A stretch of DNA of 60,485 bases from Candidatus Pacearchaeota archaeon (GTDB taxonomy: Archaea; Nanobdellota; Nanobdellia; Pacearchaeales; GW2011-AR1). The notes below the pieces were generated by a model. That model saw only the letters and a list, made by a program, of their open reading frames with translations. It had not been told where the DNA came from and did not search any database. Position numbers and translations under genes: made by a program. Below are positions 6,095 to 15,112 of this stretch, one piece after another. Position 1 is the first letter of the stretch. The number at the start of each line of letters is the position of its first letter. The stretch covers positions 1 through 60,485 of the forward strand of contig SICV01000005.1 of the NCBI GenBank assembly GCA_009694725.1, written 5' to 3'.

Positions 6095-9076
6095 CTACTC
6101 ACTAAGAACAGTTGATTCTTCAGTAATTGCTTGCTCACCAGCTTGTTCTACTCTTTGTTGCTGTTCTACTTGTTCCTCAATTTTCTGTGCTTCTGCTGCC
6201 GCTTCTTGTATATTCAAGCTCAAGACTTTTGACACATTATCATGCATACTCACCCCATACAAGACCTGCGCTTGCATAATAATCGCATCATTGTGTGTAA
6301 TCACAATATACTGTCCCTGTTTCATGTACTTCACCAACAACGCCGCAAGACGCTCAGAGTTACGTTTATCCAATGCCGCGTCAATTTCATCAAACACATA
6401 GAAATGATAGGGTTTGTATTCTTGAATCGCAAACAAGAGCGACAAAGCGACCAAGGTCTGTTCCCCACCAGATAAGGAAGTCGCATCAAAGTATTTACCT
6501 TTCGCAAGCCGCACAATAATATGTACCCCTCCGGCAAAAATATCTTCAGGATTTTCTAATTCAAGATAGGCGGTCCCCTTTGTGTACAATTGCGCAAAGT
6601 TCTGGGTAAATAATTCATTCATAGCCCGGAACGTACGCATAAAGGAAAAGCGTTTCTTCTTATCAATTTCAGCAATAATCCCTATAATATCTATTTTTTC
6701 TTTTTCAACAATCTGTACTTTTCCATATACTTCATCATAGGAGTGTTTGACTTCATCATAGACTTCGAGGGCTCGTTGATTCACGCTCCCAATCGAACCA
6801 AGGTGTTCATGTGCTTTGCCAAGACGCTCTTCAAGATACGCCACACTTCCTTGTATCACTTCAAGCCCGGCAAAATCAATTAATTCCATTTCAACCGCTT
6901 CTCGTTCGGCATCAATCTTTGCTTTGCCAATCTTCAAATAATTGACTTGTTCTTCAATTGCGCGTATTCCACTCTGGGCCTGGCTCAATTCACCAGTCTT
7001 TGCTTGAATCAGTCGTTGTTTTTCTTCTCGTTCCGCAAATAATTGTTTAAATCTGGCCTGCAGATCTTTTTCCTGTCCTTCTTTTTCCTGTAACTGCCCT
7101 TGTTTTGTTTCAATGATCGTACTAAATGTCCCAATTTCTTTCTCTGCTTCCTCACGATCTCGGAGAGCTTGTTTAATGACTACGTGCATCTGTTCAAGTT
7201 CTCGCTTCTTGAAGAATAACGTTTTATCCATATCTTGTGAAGTACGAGCCGATAATTCCTCAATTTCCAGCATTTTAGAGCTATATTTTTCTTCGAGGGC
7301 TGAAATATCAGTTCCTTTCTCTTCAAGCTGTACACGTCGATGTTCTAACGTTTGCAATTCCTGACGAATCAATTTTTCTTCCTCAAGGTTCTTCTTGAGC
7401 TGTTGATGTTTCTCTTTCAAGGTGTGATGACGAATCTGCTCAACTTCAGCGCTATGAAGCCGTTGTTCAAGGTGAGCGAGGTCATGGGCCAAGGAACTTC
7501 GTTGAGCCAATAACTGTTGTAGCACTTCAGTACTCAACATACGTTGCTTCTCGGCGTGCCCCGCTAACAGATTAGCTTCATCACGCACATGTTGTTTATG
7601 GTCAGGCGTAATGGTCGTGCGACAAAGAGGACAGATATCGAGATTAGCAACCTGGTCGGTCAATTTCAATGAACGTTCCATTTCAATCTCCGAAACAGAA
7701 ATTAATTTTTCATGCTGGAGCGTTTGTTTGGCAATTGCTTCCAGTTCAGCGCGCAAATGAGTCGTTTGTGCTTTACCTTCATGAACAAAGTGACTACACG
7801 CCTCTTCAGTCTTGAACACTAAATGCGCTGCTCCTTCTTCCAACTGTCGAACCAGCGCTTCATTAAATGCAATTGTACGAGATAAGGTCTTTTCTCGTTC
7901 AAGCCAACGTTCACGAATATGGATCAGTTCAGATTTGGTTGCACGGACTTTTGTACGTGCTTCTTCAAGCTGGGCAAGTTCTTGTTTCTTTTTAGTTAAC
8001 TCTTCTGCTTTCTGAGCAGATCCCGGGGCGTCCGTAGCAAGCTGGGTAATTTCTACTTCAAGAGCAGGCACTGAACGCTGTAATTCCTGTATTCTTCGTT
8101 CAAAGTTCAACCGACGTTGCTCATATCCTTCTTTACGTACCTTCATTCCTTCCAATTCAGCCCGAAGATTAGCAATATGTGTATGGAGTTGTTCTTGCTC
8201 AAGCCCGGTTGCTTGCTGCACTTGCCGAGAAATCTGATTGCTTTGTTCTCCCAACGCATCAATCACGGCTTGCAATTCAAGGCCCTTAGATTTGGCAGCA
8301 TCTTTATGGGCCGTTTTTTCACCAATCGAATGGTTAATCGTATCCCCTTCCTTTTGCTTGTCAATCTTTCGTTTCGTCAATAACGAAGCTTTACACCGGC
8401 GAACGGTCAATTCTAACTCTTTGAACTTTAATGCTTGCTGGCGTTCATGTTCCAAATTCTTCAAATAGGCAGTACGTTCTCGCAGAATCGCCATAATCTC
8501 TTTCAATCGTTCATCTGTTTTCTCTAATTCTTTCAAACTTTTTTCTTTCCGTGATTCATAAATGGCAATCCCCGCAACTTCTTCAATGATTTTACGTCGT
8601 TCTTCAGGATGCATCTTAACAATGGACTGTATTTGGCCCTGAAGCACCATATTAAATCCATACGGGTCAATCCCTGCCTGGGCTAAGATCTCAATGACTT
8701 CTAATCGCGTCTTCGTCTCCCCATTAATCTTATAAATTCCCTGCCCATTTGCTCGGACAATTCTGGTCAAACTCACCTCATCCGTTTCCAATCCAAACAA
8801 GCGATCTCGATTATCAAACACTAATTCAACACTTGCCTCTCGAGCCGGTTTGACATATTTGCTCCCCATAAACAAGAGGTTCTTTGCCTTTGCCGCACGC
8901 AGACTCTTAATGCTTAATCGACCCAAAGCAAAGCATAAGGCATCAGAAATATTACTCTTACCTGAACCATTGGGGCCCAAGACTACGTTAATCCCCTTAT
9001 CAAAGTGGACTTCTGTTCGTCGTGCAAAGCTTTTGAAGCCATGCATTACCATTCGTGTAATATGCACCATCTTCAT
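6095..9076 (-). CDS. smc: Smc-family chromosome segregation ATPase with a central CxxC and no recognisable hinge
   Basis: GFKSF, GPNGSGKSN, LQGQI, GSVNQRALEVY, LSGGEQ, VFDEIDAALD, VITHN; long coiled coils; ICPLCR at about residues 481-486. Confidence 0.9.
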   Translation of the reverse strand: MKMVHITRMVMHGFKSFARRTEVHFDKGINVVLGPNGSGKSNISDALCFALGRLSIKSLRAAKAKNLLFMGSKYVKPAREASVELVFDNRDRLFGLETDEVSLTRIVRANGQGIYKINGETKTRLEVIEILAQAGIDPYGFNMVLQGQIQSIVKMHPEERRKIIEEVAGIAIYESRKEKSLKELEKTDERLKEIMAILRERTAYLKNLEHERQQALKFKELELTVRRCKASLLTKRKIDKQKEGDTINHSIGEKTAHKDAAKSKGLELQAVIDALGEQSNQISRQVQQATGLEQEQLHTHIANLRAELEGMKVRKEGYEQRRLNFERRIQELQRSVPALEVEITQLATDAPGSAQKAEELTKKKQELAQLEEARTKVRATKSELIHIRERWLEREKTLSRTIAFNEALVRQLEEGAAHLVFKTEEACSHFVHEGKAQTTHLRAELEAIAKQTLQHEKLISVSEIEMERSLKLTDQVANLDICPLCRTTITPDHKQHVRDEANLLAGHAEKQRMLSTEVLQQLLAQRSSLAHDLAHLEQRLHSAEVEQIRHHTLKEKHQQLKKNLEEEKLIRQELQTLEHRRVQLEEKGTDISALEEKYSSKMLEIEELSARTSQDMDKTLFFKKRELEQMHVVIKQALRDREEAEKEIGTFSTIIETKQGQLQEKEGQEKDLQARFKQLFAEREEKQRLIQAKTGELSQAQSGIRAIEEQVNYLKIGKAKIDAEREAVEMELIDFAGLEVIQGSVAYLEERLGKAHEHLGSIGSVNQRALEVYDEVKHSYDEVYGKVQIVEKEKIDIIGIIAEIDKKKRFSFMRTFRAMNELFTQNFAQLYTKGTAYLELENPEDIFAGGVHIIVRLAKGKYFDATSLSGGEQTLVALSLLFAIQEYKPYHFYVFDEIDAALDKRNSERLAALLVKYMKQGQYIVITHNDAIIMQAQVLYGVSMHDNVSKVLSLNIQEAAAEAQKIEEQVEQQQRVEQAGEQAITEESTVLSE

Positions 9077-9226
9077 CCCACAAGGGAAAAACCGCTATTT
9101 AAGGATACCGCGTTCCGTGGTATAAATGTAGAGTGCGTTTAAAAAATTCTAAAAAAAGAAAAAAGCACACAACGCCTAAAAAAAAAGAAAAGGGGGCGCC
9201 GTATGCGGGGTTGCAATCAAGCTCAG

Positions 9227-10447
9227 TTAGTAATAACTTTCGCCGAATTCGTCAGCCTTTTGTGGCTTACGAGTTAAGAGAACAATCAATACAACGAGAA
9301 GAACTACAAAGATAATCGCAAGGATAACTGTTAAAACAACAGTACCATTTGCAGTCTTTGCAGAGCCTTCAACCATTGTAACGAATGTCTTCTGTGCGAC
9401 AAGGTTACCGTCTGCTTTTACATTAACAACAAAAGTATACTTACCTGCTTTTTCAGCAGAGGCAAGGACTTTTACAGTCTTTGTAGAACCAGAAGGAAGG
9501 GCAACGATTTGATCAACAGAAGAAACCTGCAATCCAGCAGGGCCCTCAAAGACCAATTCATAGACCTGTACCTTATTTCCTGAGTTCACGAGAGTCATAC
9601 TGTATTCAGCAGGTTCGTTTGCAGCAACAGTTGTGCTGGACGTAGTGCTTACCACAGTGGTGTCTTCGGAACCACCAACTACTGCCACTTTACCGGCATA
9701 GCTGGAGGAGGAGTCTGCATTGTATACTTCTACGTGAATCGCATAGATTCCAGCAGGAGTACGAGCGGGAATGTTCAAGAACATTCTTCGTTCGGCAGCA
9801 TCTTCCTTATCAGGGTTAGCTTGGTCTACTGGTGCAAGATCACCGAAGTATACTCGGCGCTCAACGCCAAGTGCAGGGATACTTGCTTTGACAAAGGTGT
9901 CATCAGCAAATTGTCTACCGGTATTCTTCAAGACAATGTCAAGAGAAAGGGCAGAACCTGCAACTACTTTCGGATCATAAGCGACATCCAAAACGGTAAC
10001 CTGATAAGATTCACGTTGAGTTGCCAACTTAATGATCTGAACAGGAAGAATTCCATTGTTACGGCTCTCTACTGAGATACGTAATTCAAGGTTTTCATCT
10101 CGTTCGTCAAGATCGGAAGGGACATCAAGAGTCAATAACTTGCTGTAAACGCTATTAGCGAGAACATCAAATCGTTCACTCGAGACGGCATAATCCGAAT
10201 CACCAGAGATCCAAGCTTTGATACGCACATCGGATGCATTTTCAGTCGCGCTAAAAATCACACGTATTGGTAAGGTCTGACCAGCAAAAACTCCAACGGA
10301 GGGATTGCCAGGCAAAGCTTCAATACCTGCAACTTCAACACTTGAAATGCTTCCGCTTAACGCGCTTACGGTACTCAGGACAAGAAGTCCTGCAACCATA
10401 GCAACGAGGGCAATCAAATACTTGTTCATAGATAGGTGTAGCTCCAT
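9227..10447 (-). CDS. Secreted Ig/CARDB-like surface (S-layer-like) protein with C-terminal TM anchor
   Basis: Signal peptide, beta-rich repeats with LKNTG/LVNSG, C-terminal hydrophobic helix then charged tail ...EFGESYY. Confidence 0.7.
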   Translation of the reverse strand: MELHLSMNKYLIALVAMVAGLLVLSTVSALSGSISSVEVAGIEALPGNPSVGVFAGQTLPIRVIFSATENASDVRIKAWISGDSDYAVSSERFDVLANSVYSKLLTLDVPSDLDERDENLELRISVESRNNGILPVQIIKLATQRESYQVTVLDVAYDPKVVAGSALSLDIVLKNTGRQFADDTFVKASIPALGVERRVYFGDLAPVDQANPDKEDAAERRMFLNIPARTPAGIYAIHVEVYNADSSSSYAGKVAVVGGSEDTTVVSTTSSTTVAANEPAEYSMTLVNSGNKVQVYELVFEGPAGLQVSSVDQIVALPSGSTKTVKVLASAEKAGKYTFVVNVKADGNLVAQKTFVTMVEGSAKTANGTVVLTVILAIIFVVLLVVLIVLLTRKPQKADEFGESYY

Positions 10448-10539
10448 ATTTAGTTAAAAGAGCATCCTGAAAGGGATATATAAACTTGCCGGTGACAACA
10501 CTATTATCTTAATTTAAAAGGGACAACAAGACTTATATA

Positions 10540-10557
10540 GGTATACCGAGGTATTCC
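10540..10557. promoter_or_regulatory. Tandem operator-like sites GGTATACC / GGTATTCC between TATA and ATG
   Basis: 10-bp period; directly after TTATATA (10533-10539) and before ATG 10561. Confidence 0.5.
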
Positions 10558-10560
10558 AGA

Positions 10561-10809
10561 ATGGAAGACAAGGAACAGGGAGCTAAGGCAGTACCTTCAC
10601 GTACTCCCCACAAAATAACGACGATAAAACTCTCAGAAGAAACAAAAAGCCGTATTGACCACCTCAAGCGCTATCCCCGCGAAACCTATGAAGAAATCCT
10701 CGTGCGCATGCTTGAACTCCTCAGTCTCACCCGTCACAGTCCAGAACGTGCGCGTATTTCCCTTATCAAACTTGATAAAGAACGTCGCAAGAACTTACCT
10801 GGAAAATAA
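10561..10809 (+). CDS. Small ribbon-helix-helix-like DNA-binding protein
   Basis: ITTIKLSEETKSRIDHLKRYPRETYEEILVRML. Confidence 0.65.
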   Translation: MEDKEQGAKAVPSRTPHKITTIKLSEETKSRIDHLKRYPRETYEEILVRMLELLSLTRHSPERARISLIKLDKERRKNLPGK

Positions 10810-10891
10810 AAATGAATAATACAAAAGAACATGTCATCAGTAAATTAAGAACACTAGAATATGCATTACAGGCCATACAAAGGGAGAATTC

Positions 10892-11299
10892 ATGACAAAC
10901 ATAAAAAAAACTCCGGCTGTTTTCAAAAGTCGTGAAAATATCAATAGGGTGAACATAGTTCTCGATCCCATTATCGAACGAAGAAAATTGGGGCTTCTCA
11001 AAGGAATCGGCTATGATTTAAGCAATCTCTGGGGAAGGGCATCTTCTACTGGAAAAATGACCCAGATGGGTGCAGAAGGGTATATTCGAGAAAAACTAGA
11101 AGATGCCCTGGAATGGCTAAGCCTCAATCCAACACAGTGCGTTCAAGGGGAAGGGACGCGTCTCATTGCAGACCTACGATGTGAACGCATGCGAGAGTAT
11201 CTTACGCAACTACACTATCCTGTGCATGAACAAGAACGAATTTTTAGAGAATTAAGTGAAATTAATCCCGCTATTTCGTATTCTGCTGCAGAGCACTAA
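10892..11299 (+). CDS. Hypothetical protein
   Basis: 135-aa ORF filling an intergenic gap, GGGAG upstream. Confidence 0.55.
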   Translation: MTNIKKTPAVFKSRENINRVNIVLDPIIERRKLGLLKGIGYDLSNLWGRASSTGKMTQMGAEGYIREKLEDALEWLSLNPTQCVQGEGTRLIADLRCERMREYLTQLHYPVHEQERIFRELSEINPAISYSAAEH

Positions 11300-11306
11300 A
11301 AAGAGT

Positions 11307-11747
11307 TTACCGAATAAAACTCATTTTATCATCCACGTCTAACCAATGGAAGAGCGTTGTTGTCACCGGATCAAGAGATACTTTCGTACATTCCCCGGTA
11401 AACCAGGCCCCAAAGTCACTCGGCGTTGCACCGGGGTGCTGAGTACACATGCGATCACTCCAGGCCTTAATTTCTTCAGGGGTGCGATGTTGTCCGAACT
11501 TCCCTAACCAGGCAATAACCTCTGCATCACTTTTCCCCGGGTGGACAAATGCTTTGAACGCATCGCCCGTAATCTCTTTGAACGTAAATAATTCTTTATC
11601 AACAGGGCAATCAAAATGATACTCTCCTTGCTTCCCATGAATGGTCGCACGGCACTTATCAAGCGTACGGGCAAGAATCGCATATCCCCCTAAGCGTATA
11701 GCAGCGCTCCGTGGAGGATTATGGGTAAGGTCAATAAGCATGTGCAT
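11307..11747 (-). CDS. DUF5069-like protein
   Basis: PPRS...LGGYAILARTLDKCRA...GEYHFDCPVD. Confidence 0.75.
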   Translation of the reverse strand: MHMLIDLTHNPPRSAAIRLGGYAILARTLDKCRATIHGKQGEYHFDCPVDKELFTFKEITGDAFKAFVHPGKSDAEVIAWLGKFGQHRTPEEIKAWSDRMCTQHPGATPSDFGAWFTGECTKVSLDPVTTTLFHWLDVDDKMSFIR

Positions 11748-11804
11748 ACACAGGAAAATGGGCTCGAAGTATATAAGGACGATGAACGTTTTGAAATAAT
11801 AGGG

Positions 11805-11930
11805 TTATTTTTCGTTCCATTCCCAATCAAAATCTTCTTCAATCGCTTCAAATTCTTTAGTTATCTTCAAACTTTCCTCAGCCATTTCTTTGCAACCTTC
11901 TATCATCAGCGCCTTCTCTTTTCTGTTCAT
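11805..11930 (-). CDS. 41-aa acidic antitoxin-like peptide (MNRKEKALMIEGCKEMAEESLKITKEFEAIEEDFDWEWNEK)
   Basis: Translated by hand; ATG overlaps the endonuclease IV stop (ATGA). Confidence 0.5.
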   Translation of the reverse strand: MNRKEKALMIEGCKEMAEESLKITKEFEAIEEDFDWEWNEK

Positions 11931-12709
11931 AGCTTCCCCCACAACTTCATCCCCACCACCGCATCTGCCACCATATCAGGGCTTTCATTTATGATTCGAA
12001 TTTTTTTATCCCGAGGCAAATGAGCAAGTAACGCTTTCCATTCCTTCACCCCTGTCTTGATATGGTGCTTTTCTCCTTTCTCCCCATACACAATCCCAGA
12101 GAAATGCACGTGCCATTCTTCTTGGGGAAATGCTTTCAGAATAAGGGCATAATCGACTTTCTTATCCCTGGCCAAGATATGCGCAAAATCGATACACACC
12201 GCACACCCGGTTTCCTGCGCAAGTCGTGAAATTTCATCAATACTCCCAAACACATTGATCTTCCCCATCGTCTCAGGGGCAATTTGAATTACCCATTTAT
12301 TCTTTTTGAGTTCCTTCATAATATCGATAATACCCTCTTTCACCACAGTATACGCTTGTATACGATCGACACCTTCACGATAGTACCCCGGGTGAAAAAC
12401 AACTACTTTCGCCCCCAACCATTCTCCCACTTTACAACATTCAAGAATACGTTGCTTCGTCGCCGCACGTTTTACCGGATCATCGCTATTCAAATTCACA
12501 TAATAGGGCGCATGAATGCTCAACTCTATGCCTAATTCTGCAGCTCGCTTCTGAATAGTGCGCGCATCCGTCTCAGATTTAATATAGGCCCCGTGGGTGA
12601 ACGCCAATTCACATGCTCGTAAGCCCTGAGCATGGAATGCTTCCAAGGTAGCAATTGCAGATTTCGTAGGTCCCAATCCTGCTGGCCCAAAGAGTACTTC
12701 TTTGTTCAT
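11927..12709 (-). CDS. nfo: Endonuclease IV (AP endonuclease family 2)
   Basis: SIHAPYYVNLNS, VFHPG, PETMGK, CIDFAH, HVHFSG. Confidence 0.9.
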   Translation of the reverse strand: MNKEVLFGPAGLGPTKSAIATLEAFHAQGLRACELAFTHGAYIKSETDARTIQKRAAELGIELSIHAPYYVNLNSDDPVKRAATKQRILECCKVGEWLGAKVVVFHPGYYREGVDRIQAYTVVKEGIIDIMKELKKNKWVIQIAPETMGKINVFGSIDEISRLAQETGCAVCIDFAHILARDKKVDYALILKAFPQEEWHVHFSGIVYGEKGEKHHIKTGVKEWKALLAHLPRDKKIRIINESPDMVADAVVGMKLWGKL

Positions 12710-12779
12710 ATCCTCTTCAGAAAACCACCCTTAATAAAAACTACCGCAATCTATAAATAGAAACGAAGCACTTATTCCT

Positions 12780-13061
12780 ATGCACGAACAGGACATTACG
12801 CGGCTGCTCGGATCAGATCGTGCCAAGTTCTTTCTTGATGCCACGGATGCATTCTATGGCCCCAAAGACCAAGCAAAAGAAATGCTCTATCACTACCTTA
12901 CACAATTATCGGTCATTGATCCGAACAAACCCTCTCTACGGCAACTTCAAAACTGGTATGAAGTCCAACGAACACTCCACCAACGACGAGTCGCCATGAA
13001 AACAACAGAAGCGCACTTCATTTTGAGCTTAGCACTCGATGATCTCTTTCACCGTAATTAA
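12780..13061 (+). CDS. Hypothetical protein
   Basis: ORF with TATAAATA about 20 nt upstream. Confidence 0.55.
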   Translation: MHEQDITRLLGSDRAKFFLDATDAFYGPKDQAKEMLYHYLTQLSVIDPNKPSLRQLQNWYEVQRTLHQRRVAMKTTEAHFILSLALDDLFHRN

Positions 13062-13088
13062 TTTATAGTCTTCATTCGCCCCGATACT

Positions 13089-14141
13089 ATGAAAAAGTCC
13101 TTTTTTGCCGAAAGAACAGAGAAAGAAATTGAAGCTCTCAAAGTAACAAGAATCTATAGAGCACGAGGACTTGTTGATACCCTTTTGACGCTCGATCCTA
13201 CCACCGAAGCACTCATTGTACAGCAACCTCTCTTACCCCCCGCTATCATGCGAAGAGACATCCCCCAATCGGAATCTGCAAAGATGTGGTTCAAACACGG
13301 GACGGTTATCAAAGCGTCTCAACCTCGCACACAGCAGGACGCCTACGACTGTAAAGAGATTCCGGTAGCTATGAGAAAGCGAGACCTCGATAGCTTGCAA
13401 CTCAGAAAAGAAGAAACTATTTTTGACGTAGGATATTCTTGGTTCCCCGTGCAAGGTCCTGATCGAAGAACACGCACAGACTTTTTCTGCTTTGTACCTG
13501 ATTCGCTCAGATTATTTGCCTACGCAGAAACAAAGACGGGGGGAATTGTCGTTACACCATATGATGATGCACGAAAGGTAGGCAAAGAGGGTGCACGCAT
13601 TATCTGTACGGTTCCTTCCCGTACTAAGAAGCAACCACGGTATACTGTCGAATTAGTAAACGTACCCACTGAAGGGATTACCGAACGTCGCGCAATCCCG
13701 TGGGGCATTCGCGCCGAGTATGGTAAAGCAGGAGAACCGCTGCATAAAACATTTAGTTTCGGATACAAATATGAACATGATAATCGCTCATCTGATGTCT
13801 ATCTTTTTGCTCCGCATGAAAGAGCAGCCTATATCGGCGTCATTCGCGAATTCTGGAAAGGACAGAATAACCTCACCCCGTTAGAAATGAATCCCTTTAT
13901 GTTGCTCTCAAAGGAAGGGGCAGAATTTTCTCGCCGAGCACATAATAACCTTCTTATCTATGATCCAACAACACATAATTTCAAAGGTGGATTGAGAAAG
14001 CCCTATCTTGCCGAACATGCCATCCTTATGGCCCGTCTCTGTGCAATCAAAGGCCATGATGCAACCTTCTATTGGGATCCTGAACGCGATGGAAAACTTA
14101 AAGACTATAACTGGTCTATTCCCCAGAAAGAAAATAAGTAA
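13089..14141 (+). CDS. Hypothetical protein (350 aa)
   Basis: Long ORF with own TATA (TTTATA near 13062). Confidence 0.75.
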   Translation: MKKSFFAERTEKEIEALKVTRIYRARGLVDTLLTLDPTTEALIVQQPLLPPAIMRRDIPQSESAKMWFKHGTVIKASQPRTQQDAYDCKEIPVAMRKRDLDSLQLRKEETIFDVGYSWFPVQGPDRRTRTDFFCFVPDSLRLFAYAETKTGGIVVTPYDDARKVGKEGARIICTVPSRTKKQPRYTVELVNVPTEGITERRAIPWGIRAEYGKAGEPLHKTFSFGYKYEHDNRSSDVYLFAPHERAAYIGVIREFWKGQNNLTPLEMNPFMLLSKEGAEFSRRAHNNLLIYDPTTHNFKGGLRKPYLAEHAILMARLCAIKGHDATFYWDPERDGKLKDYNWSIPQKENK

Positions 14142-14197
14142 CTATAAAGTAGTAACGTAATCGAAAGGTTTATAGAGGGTCATTTCTGAGTGAGGGG

Positions 14198-14587
14198 ATG
14201 CATACACCAGATGAAGACTATATGGGCTGTCCCCAACTGAGAGCGGCACATAATGCCCACACTACATCAGCACGAGCTAGCCGAAAATATGATCCCCATT
14301 GTCATCTAACAAAAGGATATGAACAGGTACATTCCTTACGAGAATTACAAGTATTGGTTTCTACTCATTTGGGCATGCCCTGCCCCTTAAGCGGATTAGC
14401 ACTATTGAGTGAAGCAACCGGACATGAAAGGGTAAAAGAACTGGCCTCATATTTACATGTTCCCTATCAGAAAATAACCCTAGAAAGAAAAGTTAGATTA
14501 CATCGAGACATTATTCCAGGGCTTAGACTTGTACGAATGCATATTTTAGAAAGCGAGTTACCTCTTGAACATCACGCACGGGATTAA
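14198..14587 (+). CDS. Hypothetical protein
   Basis: ORF with BRE-TATA (GAAAGGTTTATA) upstream. Confidence 0.55.
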   Translation: MHTPDEDYMGCPQLRAAHNAHTTSARASRKYDPHCHLTKGYEQVHSLRELQVLVSTHLGMPCPLSGLALLSEATGHERVKELASYLHVPYQKITLERKVRLHRDIIPGLRLVRMHILESELPLEHHARD

Positions 14588-14674
14588 TGAGTACAAAAAT
14601 ATAAAAAATTTTTATATTCCAATTAAGACAGGAGTCATCGGAGAGTATATAATGCTTAATTCGATAAGTAAGAA

Positions 14675-15109
14675 ATGAACACAAAGTTGATTCTAGGAAT
14701 AACTGGCACAATTCTTATTTCAATTGTTACCTATGGGCTATATCACTCGTACATTACTCCTGAGTGTTACGATGGATATGGAGGCGCACAGTATGTTGAA
14801 AAAGAGTTATTTTTGAAAACACTGCCTTCTGCACAGACGTTAGACTTTGTAAGAAATATCGCTCTTGCTCAAGAAGTGTATCGATGTGGTGATACGACCT
14901 ATTTACTAAAAAAGAACCAAGGATTCATAGAAGTATCAAGCAAGGAATTCAATCGATTTATAGAAGAGAAAAATGTATCAACAACCCTCTTTAAAATATA
15001 TCAAAGTGGAAATAGCCCGTACTTCGCGGAGGATATACGGACAGGCATCGAGTACATTATTGATCAAAATGATACGGGCTATAATGTAGAGAAAGCACTG
15101 AGACTATAG
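14675..15109 (+). CDS. Membrane-anchored hypothetical protein
   Basis: N-terminal TM helix; TATATAA upstream. Confidence 0.6.
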   Translation: MNTKLILGITGTILISIVTYGLYHSYITPECYDGYGGAQYVEKELFLKTLPSAQTLDFVRNIALAQEVYRCGDTTYLLKKNQGFIEVSSKEFNRFIEEKNVSTTLFKIYQSGNSPYFAEDIRTGIEYIIDQNDTGYNVEKALRL

Positions 15110-15112
15110 TAA

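Noticed and set aside
6095-9076. Plain Rad50/SbcC
   Set aside because: Walker B/D-loop DEIDAALD, GFKSF and the VNxxA motif are Smc-type, and no mre11 is adjacent
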